From Longimicrobiales bacterium (GTDB lineage Bacteria; Gemmatimonadota; Gemmatimonadetes; Longimicrobiales; Gaopeijiaceae): a stretch of 64,000 bases of DNA. Below, piece after piece: positions 18,781-28,534 of the stretch; the stretch's first letter is position 1; every line of letters starts with the position of its first letter. The DNA is taken from positions 1,376,001 to 1,440,000 of the forward strand of contig CBDFIQ010000002.1 in NCBI GenBank assembly GCA_965248195.1. Direction: 5' to 3'. Position numbers and translations under genes: made by a program. The notes under the pieces are model-generated. The model did not search any database and was not told where the DNA came from. It worked only from the letters and a program-made list of their open reading frames with translations.

Positions 18781-19860
18781 ATGACGATTCACGCTCGGTT
18801 GAAGACAAGCTTGCTGACCCTCCTGGTGGGTGCTCTGGCCTGCGGAGGAGACGCCGAGGCGGGTGGGGCCAGCGAAGCAGGGGTGCTCGTCGAGGGGGCC
18901 TCACGGGTCATCAACGTCGAGATCTCGACCGTGAAGATCCGCGAATTCGTGGAGCGCATCAGTCTGACCGGCACAGTCGTGGCCGGTCAGGACGTCACGC
19001 TTTCCGCCCAAGAGTCCGGTGTCATCCGCCGTGTCGTCGTCGAGAAGGGGGCTACGGTCTCCGTGGGCGAGCCGCTGCTGGAGGTGGATGATGCTGTGCT
19101 TCGCAGTCAGGTGGAAGAAGCCACGGCGCAGGCCTCCCTGGCGAGCGAAACCTGGGAGCGACGCAAACGTTTGTACGAAGAGGACCAGGTGGGCTCGGAA
19201 CTGGCCTATCTAGAGGCCAAGTACACTGCTGAACAGGCGTCGGCCCGTCTGGCAACGCTTCAGACACGCCTCGGACGCACGGTGATCCGTGCTCCGATCG
19301 ACGGTGTCTTGGAGGACCGTTTGGTCGAAGTCGGGGCCATGGTGAACGTCGGGACGAACGTGGCGCGAATCGTCTCGCTCGATCCGGTCAAGGTCGTGGC
19401 GGGTGTGCCGGAGCGGTACGCGAGGGACGTGATCGTCGGGGCGTCGGCCACGACGGTCTTCGACGTCCTGGACTTATCCTCTGAGGGTACGATCAGCTAC
19501 GTCGGCGCAACGGTGAACGCCCGTAATCGTACGTTTTTGATCGAACTCGTGATGCCGAATCCCGATGGCCTCATCAAGCCGCAGATGGTGGCTAACGTGG
19601 GTTTGGTCCGGCAGACGGTCGAGGATGCGATCGTCATCCCTCAGGAGGCGCTCGTGAGGGTCGAAGACGGATACGTCGTCTTCGTGGTCGAGGGGGACGG
19701 GGATGACGCTGTCGTTCTGTCACGAGCCGTCGAACTCGGCGCCAGCCAGCGGAACGAGGTCGTAATCGAGGCCGGTCTGCGTGCTGGAGAGCGACTCATC
19801 GTGGTCGGCCAGCAGCAGGTGACGGCCGGTGACCGGATCAACGTTGTCGGGATGAGGTGA
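18781..19860 (+). CDS. RND efflux periplasmic adaptor (MFP) lipoprotein
   Basis: Lipobox LAC, biotinyl-lipoyl/hairpin architecture, IRAPIDG, GL..GE.LIV.GQ. Confidence 0.9.
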   Translation: MTIHARLKTSLLTLLVGALACGGDAEAGGASEAGVLVEGASRVINVEISTVKIREFVERISLTGTVVAGQDVTLSAQESGVIRRVVVEKGATVSVGEPLLEVDDAVLRSQVEEATAQASLASETWERRKRLYEEDQVGSELAYLEAKYTAEQASARLATLQTRLGRTVIRAPIDGVLEDRLVEVGAMVNVGTNVARIVSLDPVKVVAGVPERYARDVIVGASATTVFDVLDLSSEGTISYVGATVNARNRTFLIELVMPNPDGLIKPQMVANVGLVRQTVEDAIVIPQEALVRVEDGYVVFVVEGDGDDAVVLSRAVELGASQRNEVVIEAGLRAGERLIVVGQQQVTAGDRINVVGMR

Positions 19861-19867
19861 GGGGAAA

Positions 19868-22800
19868 ATGATCAAACCTTCGGATGGAACCCCGGATTCG
19901 AACGGGAACTCCCCCAGCGGAGCGCCCGAATCCGATGGCCACGTTCCTGCCGAGTCCGGTCGCGATCCCGGATTTCTAGCGCGCTTCAAGGAATTCCGCC
20001 CGACCAGCTTGGCGGTCGACCACCAGACCAGCGTGCTCGTCCTCTTCGCGTTCATCGCGGTGGTGGGTCTGTCCGCGTACCGAGTGATCCCCCGGGAGTC
20101 CTTCCCGGAGATCGAAATTCCGATGATCGCCGTGAACACGATCTATCCGGGCGTGACACCGGCCGACATCGAAAGTCTGGTCACCCGTCCCCTGGAGGAC
20201 GAGCTCTCGACCATCTCCGACATCAAGGAACTGACGTCGACTTCGGTCGAAGGCTACTCGAGCATCGTCGCCGAGTTCGAGGCGACGGTGGACCTCGAAG
20301 GAGCTCTCCAGAAAGTGCGGGAGAAGGTCGACTTGGCAAAGGCCGACTTACCGGCGGACGCTGAGGACCCCTCGATAATCGAGTTCGATTTCTCCGAAAT
20401 TCCCATCATGCAGGTGAACCTCTCGGGGCAGTACGGTCTCGTACGGCTCAAGGAGCTGGGGGAGGAGATACAGGACCGGGTCGAGCAGATCCCGGGGGTG
20501 TTGAGAGTGGACGTCCGGGGAGGGCTGGAGCGGGAAGTCAGGGTGGACGTCCACCTCGACCGATTACAGTTCTACGGCCTCGAGATCCAGGATCTGATCG
20601 ACGCGATTCGTGACGAGAACGTCAACATCCCGGGGGGATCGATCGACGTAGGGCCGCTACAGTATCTGGTGCGCGTCGCTGGCGAGTTCGACGATCCGAT
20701 GATCATCCAGGACCTCGTTGTCGCCACCGAGGACGGCCGTCCGATCTACGTTCGGGACATCGCGGACGTGGAGTTCGGCTTTGAGGATCGAACCAGCTAC
20801 GCCCGCCTCGACAATGATCCGGTCGTCACACTCGACGTGCTGAAGCGCTCCGGCGAAAACATCATCGAGACCGCCGAGCTGGTGAAGGCCGCAATCCGGG
20901 AGATGGAGCCACTTCTGCCGCCCACGACAGTGGTGAAGATCACGTCGGACCAGTCGGTTATGATCGACACCATGGTGAGCAGCCTCGAGAACAACATCAT
21001 CTCGGGGCTCATCCTGATCGTCGGAGTGCTTCTCTTCTTCCTGGGTGCTGGGAATGCTGTGTTCGTGGCTATTTCGGTTCCCACGTCCATGCTGCTTTCC
21101 TTCGCGATCTTGCAGCTCCTCGGGATCACCTTGAACATGGTCGTACTCTTCTCGCTGATCCTCGCCCTGGGGATGCTCGTCGACAACGCGATCGTCGTGG
21201 TCGAAAACATTTACCGGTACGTAGAGGAGGGCTGGGACCGGCGCACTGCCGCGAAGAAGGCCACTGGCGAAGTAGCCATGCCCGTGATCGTCGCCACCGC
21301 AACCACGCTCGCTGCCTTCGCTCCGCTTCTCTTCTGGCCCGGCCAGGTCGGCGAGTTCATGCAGTACATGCCATCGACGCTCATCGTCACACTTTCCAGC
21401 TCGCTGTTCGTGGCGCTCGTGATCATTCCCACGCTGTGCGCCCTGTTCCTCCGGCTCGAGGATGATCCGGCGCCCCCGCTGAGGCCCGCCGCTCGCTGGA
21501 CCATGATTGGCGTGACGGTGTTGGCAGGGATCGCGATCGGGATAAGGAATCCGCTCATGGTGGTGCTCCTCGCCGGGACGGTGGCTGCGCTGTATGGGCT
21601 GCACGACTTCCTCCTGCGAGGCATGGCGGCCCGTTTCCAGGCGGTTCGTCTTCCCCAAATTCTGACGGTGTACGAACGGGCACTCCATTGGGCTTTGGCT
21701 CACAGGGGCTATTTACTCGTCGGCTCCTTCTTGGGTCTCGTCGGGACGGCTGGTCTCTTCTACCGGTTCAACGCCGGCGTCGAGTTCTTCGCCGAGGACA
21801 TGCCGCCCAACCAGATCCTCGTCGACATGGAGTTGCCGGTCGGCAGCAGCCCGGAAGCGACGGACGGGATCGCACGCCGGCTCGAAGAGGACGTCCAGGC
21901 ATTTTCCGGCATGTCGGACGCGGAGTCCGTGGTCGCGACGATAGGTGGCTCGGGGGGGGCCGGAAACCCGATGATGGGGGGCGCTTCGGGTCCCAACGCC
22001 GGGCGGCTGACCGTCAGTATGATCGAGTTCGGTAAGCGAGAGCTGGATTCCCAAGATCTCCTGACTCTGATGCAGGCAGGGCTCGGCCGGGACATCGCCG
22101 GAGCGGACATCAGGGTAGACCAGGTTGCGGACGGACCCGCCCAGGGTAGTCCGGTGAACATCGAGCTCGTGGGAGAAGACCCTGCGACGCTGCAGGCGTT
22201 GTCCGACCGCGTGCTCGCAATTCTGGAGAGCAACCCCGTCTACGGGAAGCTCGTGGGGTTGGAGAGCGACCTCGACGCTGCCCGGCCCGAGTTATCGGTT
22301 TCGGTAGACCGGGAGACCGCCGCGCTCTACGGGCTCTCCAGCCGAGACGTCGGGATGGCGATCCGTGGTGCCATTCAGGGGATCGAGGCGGCGAAGTACC
22401 GGACGGGAAACGATGAGTACGACATCGTTGTGCGCCTCGCTGAGGAGTACCGCGGGGATCTGGAGAGCCTTCGAAACCTGACCGTAATGAACGAAGGCAC
22501 CCAGATCCCCCTTCTTTCGGTGGCGAAGTGGGAGGTCGGGGAAGGGTACGGCAGTATCCGCCGCAAGGACCAGCGGCGCATGGCCACGATCAGTTCGGAT
22601 GTGCGGACAGGTCTCAACAACAATCGCGTTCTGATGGAGGTCCAGGATGTACTGGCGGATTTCACCACGAACGAACTGCCGGTCGGCTATCAACTGCAGT
22701 ACACGGGGCAGTCCGAAGAGCAGGCGGAAGCCCAGGGGTTCCTTCAGGCCGCGTTCCTCGGAGCGATCATGCTGATCGGACTCATCTTGGTGAGTCAGTT

Positions 22801-23488
22801 CAACTCGGTGGTCACACCCGTGATCATCCTTACGTCGGTTTTTATGTCCACCGCCGGGGTGTTTCTCGGCCTCCTCGTGTTCCGGATGCCCTTCGGCATC
22901 ATCATGACGGGGGTGGGCATCATCTCGCTTGCGGGAATCGTCGTGAACAACGCCATCGTGCTGCTCGACTACGTCGGCATTCTGAGGACCCGAGATGGAC
23001 TGGGGCGCCTAGAGGCCCTGGTGCGTGGCGGAACGGTACGCTTCCGGCCGGTGATCCTCACGGCGGTCACGACCGCACTGGGTCTGATCCCGCTCGCCAT
23101 CGGATTGAACTTCGACTTCTTCGGCCTCTACGCGCGACTCGAACCCGAGTTTTACTGGGGAGGGGAACAGGCCGCCATGTGGGGTCCGATGGCCATCGCG
23201 GTGATCATCGGGATTCTGTTCGCGACCTTCCTCACGCTCATCCTGGTGCCCGTGCTTTACTCCGTCGTCGATGACGCGTCGGACTTCTTCAAGCGGAACT
23301 TCACGCAGGGCGGGGTGGCCCTGGCAGAAGATTCGGGTTCTGGGGTGACATGGGGTGAGACGTGGAGCCCGAAGTCCGGTGGTACCGGCGAGCCGGGCCC
23401 GGCTGACCCAGGTGTCGAACCGACCGAAGGTGCTCCCACGGCACCGGATGCGCTGACCGATCCCATCTCCGTCCCGCACCCCGAGTAA
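19868..23488 (+). CDS. RND-family efflux permease (AcrB/AcrD/AcrF)
   Basis: GMLVDNAIVVVENI, GIVVNNAIVL, RFRPVILT; ~1200 aa with a 12-TM RND pattern. Confidence 0.95.
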   Translation: MIKPSDGTPDSNGNSPSGAPESDGHVPAESGRDPGFLARFKEFRPTSLAVDHQTSVLVLFAFIAVVGLSAYRVIPRESFPEIEIPMIAVNTIYPGVTPADIESLVTRPLEDELSTISDIKELTSTSVEGYSSIVAEFEATVDLEGALQKVREKVDLAKADLPADAEDPSIIEFDFSEIPIMQVNLSGQYGLVRLKELGEEIQDRVEQIPGVLRVDVRGGLEREVRVDVHLDRLQFYGLEIQDLIDAIRDENVNIPGGSIDVGPLQYLVRVAGEFDDPMIIQDLVVATEDGRPIYVRDIADVEFGFEDRTSYARLDNDPVVTLDVLKRSGENIIETAELVKAAIREMEPLLPPTTVVKITSDQSVMIDTMVSSLENNIISGLILIVGVLLFFLGAGNAVFVAISVPTSMLLSFAILQLLGITLNMVVLFSLILALGMLVDNAIVVVENIYRYVEEGWDRRTAAKKATGEVAMPVIVATATTLAAFAPLLFWPGQVGEFMQYMPSTLIVTLSSSLFVALVIIPTLCALFLRLEDDPAPPLRPAARWTMIGVTVLAGIAIGIRNPLMVVLLAGTVAALYGLHDFLLRGMAARFQAVRLPQILTVYERALHWALAHRGYLLVGSFLGLVGTAGLFYRFNAGVEFFAEDMPPNQILVDMELPVGSSPEATDGIARRLEEDVQAFSGMSDAESVVATIGGSGGAGNPMMGGASGPNAGRLTVSMIEFGKRELDSQDLLTLMQAGLGRDIAGADIRVDQVADGPAQGSPVNIELVGEDPATLQALSDRVLAILESNPVYGKLVGLESDLDAARPELSVSVDRETAALYGLSSRDVGMAIRGAIQGIEAAKYRTGNDEYDIVVRLAEEYRGDLESLRNLTVMNEGTQIPLLSVAKWEVGEGYGSIRRKDQRRMATISSDVRTGLNNNRVLMEVQDVLADFTTNELPVGYQLQYTGQSEEQAEAQGFLQAAFLGAIMLIGLILVSQFNSVVTPVIILTSVFMSTAGVFLGLLVFRMPFGIIMTGVGIISLAGIVVNNAIVLLDYVGILRTRDGLGRLEALVRGGTVRFRPVILTAVTTALGLIPLAIGLNFDFFGLYARLEPEFYWGGEQAAMWGPMAIAVIIGILFATFLTLILVPVLYSVVDDASDFFKRNFTQGGVALAEDSGSGVTWGETWSPKSGGTGEPGPADPGVEPTEGAPTAPDALTDPISVPHPE

Positions 23489-23499
23489 GAGACGCCCCT

Positions 23500-24807
23500 T
23501 TGCACCGGAACCTCCTCGGCGAAAGGGGCCACGGTGCACTGGCCGTGGCGGCCCTGTGCCTCGGTGTAACACTTTCGGTGGCGCCCGGCGCCACACAGGG
23601 ACAACAGTCCGAGTCCGTTTCCGACGCCCTTCGGGTCTTCTTCGACTGCTCCGGCCGCGACTGCAACTCCACTTACTACCGTACGGAGATCCCTTGGGTG
23701 AACTGGGTCCGGGATCGGACCCTCGCGCAGGTGCACCTCATCATGACCAGCGAGCAGAACGCCAGCGGAGGGCGCGAATACAGCTTCGATTTCCTTGGCC
23801 AGGAGGCGTTGGAGGGCGAGGACGACCTCCTGAACTACATGTCGCTCGGAACCGATACGCGTGAGGAGAGCCTCCGCGGCATCTCGCAGGTGCTCGCCAT
23901 AGGACTCGCCCGCTACTCGGTGCTCGCCGGCGCGGGCGAAGGGCTCGAGGTCCGTAGATCGGGGGAGACGAGGGGGCTCACGGATCGGCTCGTGACCGGC
24001 GACCAAGTAGATGATCCATGGAATTTTTGGGTCTTCCGCATCGGCGTGAACGGGAACTACGATGAGGAGTCCTCGGAAAACGAGCGCCGTCTTCGCGGCA
24101 ACTTCTCTGCCAACCGTACCACTACCACATGGCGGATCAATCTACGCGGCAACGGGAGCCATTCCCGAGAGGAGTTGGACCTCGACGACAGTACGACCGT
24201 CATCGCCACGCGTACGAACTGGAACGTGAATCAGGACATCGTCTACACGCTTGCGGATCATTGGTCCACCGCGTTCACGGCCGGGGCCAGCGCCTCCACC
24301 CGTTCCAACCAGGACCTCGGGGTCTCGGTTCGACAGGGGATCGAGTTCAGTATATGGCCATATGAAGAGGCGCCACGCCGGTCTCTGACGGCGGTGTATC
24401 GCGTCGGAATCCAGTACTTCGATTGGGAGAAGACGACCGAGCTCGGCAAGAACGAAGAGACGCGGCCCGAGCATAGGCTTCAACTGGAGCTCTTTCAGCG
24501 CCAGCCCTGGGGCGACTCACGCGTGAGTCTCCGAGTGTCGTCGTTCCTCGACGATTTTTCCCAGAATAGCGTCGAGTTCAACGGGAATTTGAGTGTACGC
24601 CTCTTTCGTGGGCTTCGCTTCAACATCGGCGGTGGTTTGGAGCGCATTCGAGACCAGATATTCTTGGCGGCCGGGGGGCTGACCGAGGAGGAGATCCTGC
24701 TCCGCCAACGAGAGCGCGCCAGCGAATATCAGTTCGACATCCGGTTGGGCCTCAGCTATCAATTCGGCTCCATCTTCAACAACGTGGTGAACAACAGGTT
24801 CCGCTGA
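23500..24807 (+). CDS. Hypothetical secreted protein, probable outer-membrane beta-barrel
   Basis: Signal peptide, alternating amphipathic strands rich in aromatic residues, ends LSYQFGSIFNNVVNNRFR; 11 nt after the RND stop. Confidence 0.65.
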   Translation: MHRNLLGERGHGALAVAALCLGVTLSVAPGATQGQQSESVSDALRVFFDCSGRDCNSTYYRTEIPWVNWVRDRTLAQVHLIMTSEQNASGGREYSFDFLGQEALEGEDDLLNYMSLGTDTREESLRGISQVLAIGLARYSVLAGAGEGLEVRRSGETRGLTDRLVTGDQVDDPWNFWVFRIGVNGNYDEESSENERRLRGNFSANRTTTTWRINLRGNGSHSREELDLDDSTTVIATRTNWNVNQDIVYTLADHWSTAFTAGASASTRSNQDLGVSVRQGIEFSIWPYEEAPRRSLTAVYRVGIQYFDWEKTTELGKNEETRPEHRLQLELFQRQPWGDSRVSLRVSSFLDDFSQNSVEFNGNLSVRLFRGLRFNIGGGLERIRDQIFLAAGGLTEEEILLRQRERASEYQFDIRLGLSYQFGSIFNNVVNNRFR

Positions 24808-24841
24808 TTCGTGTGAGGTTTCTCTCCTGGAGGCACTTGTC

Positions 24842-25051
24842 TTGAAGACCATTGGTCGGTGGACCATGATCGGCGCCGCGGTCGGTGGAGGCCTGTTCCT
24901 ATCCCTGAGTGTGTATCGGTCCATAACGAGCGGCGGACCCTCTTGGAGTCATCTCAATCCCATCGGGGTGATGACCGTAATCGGTGTCACGGTCGGGGCG
25001 TTGGTCGGCCCTCTCATCGGCGCCATCGTCGCTCGGCGACGAGGCCATTGA
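24842..25051 (+). CDS. Small two-TM membrane protein
   Basis: GGAGG RBS before TTG, two hydrophobic segments with GxxxG, stop overlaps the next start (TTGA). Confidence 0.55.
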   Translation: MKTIGRWTMIGAAVGGGLFLSLSVYRSITSGGPSWSHLNPIGVMTVIGVTVGALVGPLIGAIVARRRGH

Positions 25052-25752
25052 CGGCCTCTCCATCGGAAAACGAAGCGCGCCTGCGGGCCGTAAACCAACG
25101 CGTCGTGGCATGCATCAGGTGTCCGCGTCTGGTGGAGTGGCGCTCGAGGGTGGCTCGGGAAAAGCGGGCCGCGTACGCCTCGGAAGCCTATTGGGGACGT
25201 CCCGTCCCGTCATTCGGGGACCCCGACGCGGAGCTTCTGATCGTGGGTCTCGCTCCGGGCGCGCACGGAGCCAATCGGACGGGCCGCATGTTCACCGGGG
25301 ATCGCTCCGGGGACTGGTTGTATCGAGCTCTGCACCGGGCAGGATTTGCCAACCAGCCCGACGGGCGCACAGCCGACGACGGGTTATGTCTGACGCGAGC
25401 CTACATCACGGCCGCCGTCCGATGTGCACCGCCTGCGAACCGCCCGACCGCCGCCGAGCGGGACCACTGCAGGCCGTACCTCGAAGAGGAGCTGGAGATC
25501 TTTCGGTCCGTGCGCGTGGTCGTGGCGCTCGGGAGGTTCGCATTCGATCAGGTGCTGCGAATCCTCCAGAGCAGCGATGAGGGCGTCCCCCAGGCCCGGC
25601 CCAAGTTCTCGCACGGCGTCGAGGTGGGCCTCGGAAGCAGAACGGTGCTCGGCTGCTACCATCCGAGCCAGCAGAATACGTTCACCGGCCGGCTCACCGA
25701 GTCGATGTTCGATTCCGTGTGGGAGAGGGCAAAGCACCTTATCACATCCTAG
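25048..25752 (+). CDS. Uracil-DNA glycosylase, family 5 (UdgB-like)
   Basis: CIRCPRL Fe-S ligands, VGLAPGAHGANRTGRMFTGDRSG, YHPSQQNTFTG. Confidence 0.9.
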   Translation: MTASPSENEARLRAVNQRVVACIRCPRLVEWRSRVAREKRAAYASEAYWGRPVPSFGDPDAELLIVGLAPGAHGANRTGRMFTGDRSGDWLYRALHRAGFANQPDGRTADDGLCLTRAYITAAVRCAPPANRPTAAERDHCRPYLEEELEIFRSVRVVVALGRFAFDQVLRILQSSDEGVPQARPKFSHGVEVGLGSRTVLGCYHPSQQNTFTGRLTESMFDSVWERAKHLITS

Positions 25753-26803
25753 AAAGGTGATCGGAAAGGGGGGCGGGTAGGATCGTGACGGGTAGGCGCC
25801 GAAAGTGCCGCTCTCGAACATCATCGGGAGTCAACAGCTCGTCGATGATGCGGGCTAATTCCTCTTCGCGTTTCCACATGAACTCGATGGCCTGAAGCTC
25901 CAACTCCATCATGCGGCGTTCGACGCTGTCGTTCACGGCGATCTCGAGGGCGATGGAATGGGTTTTACCCATGCCCCACAGCGACTTGCGTTCTTTTGTC
26001 ACCAGGGCCTCGAAAGCCTCGGAGGACCCGGCGGATTCGATCACGCGGGAGGCGTCCCGGATCGTACCCTCGGTCGCGCCTGTGATGTGTTGGTAGGCCA
26101 GGATCCGTCGAAGAACGTTTTGCGCCTCCGGGCCTCCGATCTCGTAGACCTTCTTCGGTGTCCATGGGTCACAACGAGGACAGGGCACCTCGACCACCGT
26201 GCGGCCGGTCTCCGGCTCGATTCGAGGGAAAACCCACCATGAGAGGTCATACCGCAGGGCCTTGAGCGAGCTGTTGCAGTACGGACAATCGACGGAGCCA
26301 TGCCACGCGGCCCATCCGAACCTACGCCATCGAAGAATGTCCGCCGTCGGTGCGTCATCCCAAACGATGCTGAGATCGTCATCGCCGAGCCCGAAGGCGT
26401 CGGACAAGTAAGCCACGGCGCCGAACGTATAAGCGGTCAGACGAGATCGTGCGCTGTGAAACCGCGATCGCCGCCGGTCCAGCTCGCGGCCATAGCGCCA
26501 CCACGCTCTCTCCGCGAGTCGAGCCCTACCCACCCGGATCAGGAAGAGCTCCCCCGCGGATAGGAGCGCGATGTTGTCTGTTTCGGCCACGAGCCGGGAT
26601 CGGTCACGCACCATCCGTTCCAACTCATGGAGCGCCTCCCAGCGCTCTTCCATGGCGCAGAGATTCCAGCGGCCGCACCGCTCACAGACTGCCCACAACC
26701 GTCCCTCTTCGGGATCGAAGGCCAGGCGGCGGCCTGGAGGAAGGCGCCCGAAGACGCCGTTCTCCCGAAATCTCGTGTGGCAGAAGATGCACCGAGTGAA
26801 CAA
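25742..26803 (-). CDS. Conserved hypothetical protein with two zinc-ribbon (4 x CxxC) modules
   Basis: GGAGG RBS then TTG at 26803; CIFC, CERC, CPYC, CPRC. The upstream part of the 765-aa track ORF is an antisense shadow. Confidence 0.75.
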   Translation of the reverse strand: MFTRCIFCHTRFRENGVFGRLPPGRRLAFDPEEGRLWAVCERCGRWNLCAMEERWEALHELERMVRDRSRLVAETDNIALLSAGELFLIRVGRARLAERAWWRYGRELDRRRSRFHSARSRLTAYTFGAVAYLSDAFGLGDDDLSIVWDDAPTADILRWRRFGWAAWHGSVDCPYCNSSLKALRYDLSWWVFPRIEPETGRTVVEVPCPRCDPWTPKKVYEIGGPEAQNVLRRILAYQHITGATEGTIRDASRVIESAGSSEAFEALVTKERKSLWGMGKTHSIALEIAVNDSVERRMMELELQAIEFMWKREEELARIIDELLTPDDVRERHFRRLPVTILPAPLSDHLSRM

Positions 26804-26994
26804 AGTACCTCCCAACCTTGCGGACCCGACCAGCGGTCCACGCATCCCCCATCGTCGGTGTCGCATCCCAGAAATGTCTCGGTCATTGCAGACACCGGGC
26901 GGGGTCCATCGGTTCCGAAGGGGGAGGGGCGGTGCCTGCGCTGTACGGTTTTGATTTCTCTGGCGCGGGTGCTGGGGATGGATGATCATTGTAA

Positions 26995-27501
26995 ATGGCG
27001 AATCAAGTACCCGATGACGCTCGGGCCGGGTCTCCCGTGGCCAAAGCGGTCGAGCGCATGGCGGCGGCCAGGATCGCGGTGGGCCTCCCTCCGCTGGCGG
27101 TTCTCGGGCTATACGGCCTGGTGCAGTCCCTCCGCAACGGATTCCGGCCCTCCGAGCCAATGGTGTTCTTGATTGGCGCCGTGGTCTCGATGGTGGCGAT
27201 GGTCGCCTACGGGTTGCAGGCGGTCTCGAGAGTTCTGGAGAAACCAAGCCGTTGGAGCGGTCTGGTCTTCGCGGGTAGCTTCTTGCCCATCCTCTTCGCC
27301 GGGTACGTGATCGTGACCCGGCTCTTTTTTCTCTTCCGGCTCGGCGGCGCAGCCGGTCTCGGGCCGGTGGTAGGCAACCTCGGCCTCTTGGCGCTCGCGG
27401 CCCTGTGCATGCGGGCGCAGTGGAAGCTGATCGAGGTGCATCTGCTTGCGAGGGAGATGGCCGGGGTGGAACGGGCGGGCCTGGAGCGTGGCGCCCCTTG
27501 A
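26995..27501 (+). CDS. Hypothetical four-TM membrane protein
   Basis: Four hydrophobic segments; stop overlaps the next start. Confidence 0.65.
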   Translation: MANQVPDDARAGSPVAKAVERMAAARIAVGLPPLAVLGLYGLVQSLRNGFRPSEPMVFLIGAVVSMVAMVAYGLQAVSRVLEKPSRWSGLVFAGSFLPILFAGYVIVTRLFFLFRLGGAAGLGPVVGNLGLLALAALCMRAQWKLIEVHLLAREMAGVERAGLERGAP

Positions 27502-28469
27502 TCGCAGGCAGGGGCGGTAGGGTGCGGCGGGGCGCTGACGTCGAGGACTCCAGGGTCGAAGGCCCTTCCGACGCGGCCGGGCGGGTCACTGCCAGGCTTG
27601 CCGCCTCCCTCGAACGCTGGCCCCCACGAACTGCAGCGGGGTTTTCGATCGGCCTGGTCGTCGCGGTCGGCGCGGCCGAGATCTCGTCGGGGTTCGAGCC
27701 CTCGTTGTTTTCGCTATATGTCATACCGGTCGCACTCGCGGCGTGGGCGGTCAGGCCCCGCACCGCGTATGCTCTGGCCGCCGTTGCGGTAACACTTCCG
27801 ATACCCTTTTCTGCGCTTGCCGGCGAGCCAATCGGTGGGGCCGTCATCTGGAGCGTTTCTTCGAACTTCGCCCTTCTCGCGATCCTCGTGGTGCTGCTCA
27901 CTACGCTGAAGCGTCGGCTATCCGACGAGGCGGCCTTCGTGGCGACGGATACGCTGACCGGGCTCCTGAGTCGCGGGTCATTCATCGAACATCTGGACGC
28001 CGAGTTGGCCCGGGCAGCGCGGTACGGGCGGGCGTTCACGCTCGCCTACGTGGATCTCGACAATTTCAAGGCGGTCAACGACCTGGAGGGACACGACGCG
28101 GGCGACGAGCTCCTTCGCCGGGTGGCGGACGCACTCCGGGCCAGCACGCGACAGACGGACGTGCTCGGGCGCCTGGGAGGAGACGAATTTGCGGCGGTCC
28201 TGCCGGAGATCACGGGCGGAGCCACCGGATCGGTGCTGGAGAATCTGCATAAGCAACTCACCCGGGCGATGGCGAAAGGTGGGTGGCCGGTGACGTTCAG
28301 CATCGGCGCCGTGACGTTCGAGGCGCCGGTCGACACGAGCCGAGAGGCGCTCCAGGTAGCGGACGCAGCGATGTACCGGGTCAAGCGCTCCGGGAAGGAT
28401 GGGATCCACCATGTGGTGTGGGACGGCGATGGCTCGGGTTTCTTCGCAGGGCCGCGGTTGCTACAATAA
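27498..28469 (+). CDS. Membrane-bound diguanylate cyclase
   Basis: N-terminal TMs, D.LTGL, DLDNFK.VND..GH..GD, RQTD I-site, RLGGDEF. Start approximate. Confidence 0.9.
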   Translation: MIAGRGGRVRRGADVEDSRVEGPSDAAGRVTARLAASLERWPPRTAAGFSIGLVVAVGAAEISSGFEPSLFSLYVIPVALAAWAVRPRTAYALAAVAVTLPIPFSALAGEPIGGAVIWSVSSNFALLAILVVLLTTLKRRLSDEAAFVATDTLTGLLSRGSFIEHLDAELARAARYGRAFTLAYVDLDNFKAVNDLEGHDAGDELLRRVADALRASTRQTDVLGRLGGDEFAAVLPEITGGATGSVLENLHKQLTRAMAKGGWPVTFSIGAVTFEAPVDTSREALQVADAAMYRVKRSGKDGIHHVVWDGDGSGFFAGPRLLQ

Positions 28470-28534
28470 CCGGCTGCCGTGGTCCCGTCCGTCCGGCGGC
28501 ATTCCGTGACCATTTCGACCGTGGAGCGTTCCCG

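Noticed and set aside
26804..28039. N-terminal half of the 765-aa minus-strand ORF
   Set aside because: Low-complexity Arg/Pro/Ala antisense shadow of two + strand genes; an RBS and TTG at 26803 give the plausible start.
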